Part shown: positions 61,061-64,000 of the stretch, in pieces | How the letters are laid out: every line of letters starts with the position of its first letter | Numbering within the stretch: the stretch's first letter is position 1 | NCBI GenBank assembly: GCA_009103225.1 | Contig: RHPI01000008.1 | Coordinates: 300,015-364,014 of the forward strand | DNA: 64,000 bases | Direction of reading: 5' to 3' | Source: Chlorokybus atmophyticus | Taxonomy: Eukaryota > Plantae > Mesostigma and Chlorokybus algae | Made by a program: the position numbers and the translations under genes | The notes under the pieces: generated by a model | Seen by the model: the letters and a program-made list of their open reading frames with translations, nothing else | Told to the model about the DNA's origin: nothing | The model's database searches: none

Positions 61061-64000
61061 CTACAAGAGATTGCACGCTGCTGTTTTGTCATTGACTGCA
61101 ACTATGACATGTATTTCAATGCGCATGGACTCGTAGGCACTCATCAGTCCCGTGGCTTTGGAAATCTCCACAACAATGCTCAGCTCTTCCCCGCTGAAGT
61201 GCGGCCCGAAACTGCCGACCAGTTGCAGCTCAAACTCGGACAAACAGTTGCATTCAGCCTCAGGACGCACTCCGTGACTGGCTGGCAAAACCACATAGAC
61301 CATGCTTGAACTCGCAGCCGCTTGTCTCATAGTATCACATAAGGACGCCGTGGGTGCCCCAGCCAAGTCAATAATATTAACCTCTGCAGCAGAAGGTGGT
61401 TGTCATGTCTCGCACTAACGGCACAACACTTGCACAGGTGCACGCGCACGCGAATATACACACATGCATGGGAGCGCAGGCAGATAGAGATGCGTCACCT
61501 GGTTGGGCATCAGCGGTTGGTGCAGTGCACGCGGTTGCCGGGATGCTGAGGAGGAACCGCGGCGGCATGTACGTGCGATGGAAAATGACCGTCGTGTTTA
61601 CGCTGGACGACAAAGCCTGGCAGCCTGGAAGCAAGCTACCATCTTCATGCACAGACGCCTGCAGCTGCGGCTGAAGCAGCCCGTGCAGATGCATTGTTGC
61701 AGGCACAACACCCGCCTGAACCACAATCAATGCTTGTTTGTCTAGTTAAGGACCTTTTAATAATACAACCCACATGCATACACCACATGACGGAGTCATA
61801 AGCACCTGATGCAGGAAGCCGTATCCGACCAAGAGGGAGATGTTGAAGAAGGCCCACACAGTCTGGGAGACCACAAGGAAAGGTTACACAGAGACAGGTA
61901 GGTAGTGCAGACAATGCACCCATGATGCTATAACGAAGGGTACCTTGCGCATTGGAGTTTTGACTGGGACGTCTCCAACGACTATGCATAGTGGTAGCAA
62001 CAGCGGCAGCAAGAAGCGCGGCTCCTGCATGAGATACGCTTGCTGTCAGCATTGACCCATACGACTGTTGTGAATCTGCTAAACAAACACGCATGTAGCC
62101 TTAAGCTCAATCACGTCAACAAACACAAGCAAGCACCCGGCTGCACCTGGTGTGGGGCCATTGACAGTGCGAACAAAGGCAGCAGGATGCATCCAACCAA
62201 GCATAACCTAATGCTTTGGGCTTTTGTGGGTGGCAATTTGGCTCCTGCGCCATTGCAAGAAATTCAGCCCAGCAAGACTGCATGTTGCTCAAGCGTGTGC
62301 TGCGCATTGCTCGCATTGTTGTGCATGTCAACGTGCACAACATGCGGCGGCTTCAAAACAATGCTGTCAACTATCTGCTTGACCTACCGCAGCATAAGTG
62401 GAACAACTGGGAGGCGCAAGCCAGGGCAACAGGGCCGAACATGAGTGGCATGTTGACCACGACATGCAAGTAGCGCGGGTGTAGTCCTGTCCAGTGAGTG
62501 GGTGTAAAGCAAAAGGCCACGCAGGACGAGGAAAGGAAAAGTGACACGCTTTTTGCCAATGCTCACCATGCAGTGACAGATTCTTTGCTTGAATGTTGTA
62601 CAGAAGACTGTTAATCGGTGTCCACATGAGTCTGCCCTGCACACAACCTGGGATGAACACCAGAATCCTTGAAAGGTGGTTACAGCGGGCTGTACAACAA
62701 CTTCAGTTCAGACACACCTTCCAATGAAAGGTGCACAGCTGGCGAAGTCGCCGAAATATGGTTGCGCATGTTGCAAGAATAGAAAGCAGGGCGTTGGAAG
62801 CATCAGGGCGCAGCATTGTGGCGTTGTCTGATGTGCAAATAGCAAGTTGCCCATAGAACAAGGAGTCGCCGATTGCGATCACTAGAGCAGTGGGAACAAA
62901 GCCCGCCGTCAAGCTCAAGCCAAACTGCACTGAAAACAGTTGCGGTTAGATGCTGTCACAAAAACAAGTCCCATCAACGTACTAACACAAAGATGTGCTA
63001 AGCAGAGAGAGAGAGAGGAGTGCACGGGCACTTGTGTCTGAAGCAATCGCACCTGTGTGCTTTACATACTGCAGTACACCCTTTCCGTCTGCGCAACAAG
63101 TGAGTAGCTTGAAAAGAAGCAAAGGCGCGGCGAAAAACGCGAACGTGAATCGCGCAAACAAGCCAAATGCCAACACTGCGCCGAGCCACAAGCATTGCAA
63201 CAGTGTGCATTTGGTCTTGTGTGGCGTGGGCATTACAGCCAGTACTGCTAGGGCCAGCAGCAGAGTCTCAAGAGTGTTGGAAAAGGTGCGCGTCATGAAC
63301 AGGAGAGTTGGCCATGCTGAAGCGTACACCAGCAGAGTGCGCGGGGACGACCCGCAAAGCGCACTCGCCTTTGCAACTGCCATGTCTGTTACGACCTGTA
63401 TGGTGAGTTACTACTATTATCTTTGGCTTACTCAATACACAAGATGTCCGCTGTTACCCGCAATGAGCGACGTGCCGAACAAGTAGATTCGTGGCAAGAG
63501 AAGCAAGGCGCCGGGTTTCACCACCCATTCACCTGCGAGCACATTGTTATGACTGATGCCATTGGCAGCATTTATATAACAATGCGCGCGTGGCGAGCGG
63601 ACCGAGGAGTGCATCTTCGCCCGCTTACCCCATTTTTGGGATACTGCACGCAGCAGCAAATACGGAGGACCAGCCAATGCAAACCTGCGAACACAGACGC
63701 GCTTACATTGGGGCATCGAATCCATACAAGTAGAGCGCACACACAAAATTGTTGATTCATGGTCAATCACATAAGCGCATATGTGAATGCGCGCATGGGG
63801 TGTGTATGGTGAGTGATAGTATGCATGGGAGCAGGTTGAGACGCTGTTTGCACAGCCATTTGTGCTGTGAAGCCCTGTCCACACCTGAGATGCCGTGTAT
63901 GTGGCAGCACATTGCTGCAACTGCAACTACAAGTGTGTGCATGCCAGCGACACAGCCAGCTTACGGTACTAGAGACGAGCGTGCTGCTTGCGGCGAACGT
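61061..64000 (-). CDS. PIGZ: GPI mannosyltransferase 4 (PIG-Z/Smp3, GT22), 5' end beyond the window
   Basis: LLFMTRTFSNTLETLL; FARFTFAFF; NSLLYNIQAKNLSLHG; HPRYLHVVVNMPLMFGP; SMAPHQ|EPRFLLPLLLPL; GYGFLHQ|AGVVP; RTYMPPRFLL; SFGPHFSGEEL; stop 61061-61063. Confidence 0.88.

Overview
Eukaryotic genomic DNA with short GT-AG introns and plant-type genes, most likely a green alga or early streptophyte alga (inference). There are no operons, rRNA or tRNA genes, or CRISPR arrays that I can support. Recognisable host genes: a plastid-type TPR-like protein (1.4-5.7 kb), an MFS transporter, the meiotic E3 ligase HEI10, a TRF2/HOY1 PH-like domain protein, a plant NUDT9/NUDT22-type Nudix hydrolase, a ureidoglycolate hydrolase/lyase-like protein and a PIG-Z-type GPI mannosyltransferase. 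Mobile DNA: two full-length but decayed chromodomain-bearing Ty3/gypsy elements of one family in opposite orientation (8216-14512, TSD TAGCT; 25320-31416, TSD CATAA), a TA-flanked non-autonomous TIR element (51736-53616) and a 5'-truncated RLE-type LINE remnant. The most interesting part is 38.5-50 kb. It holds a decayed Academ (AcademX-type) transposase gene (DDE core + XPG/PIN-like nuclease + Cys8 finger). Immediately downstream on the same strand is a spliced gene with a Cys/His-rich N-terminus, a Tudor-like segment and a phage-type C5 cytosine methyltransferase domain, followed by orphan genes. This is a candidate giant cargo-carrying DNA transposon with its own chromatin-reading methyltransferase. 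I could not find its termini, so the cargo relationship is inference. Exon boundaries were read by eye and are approximate.
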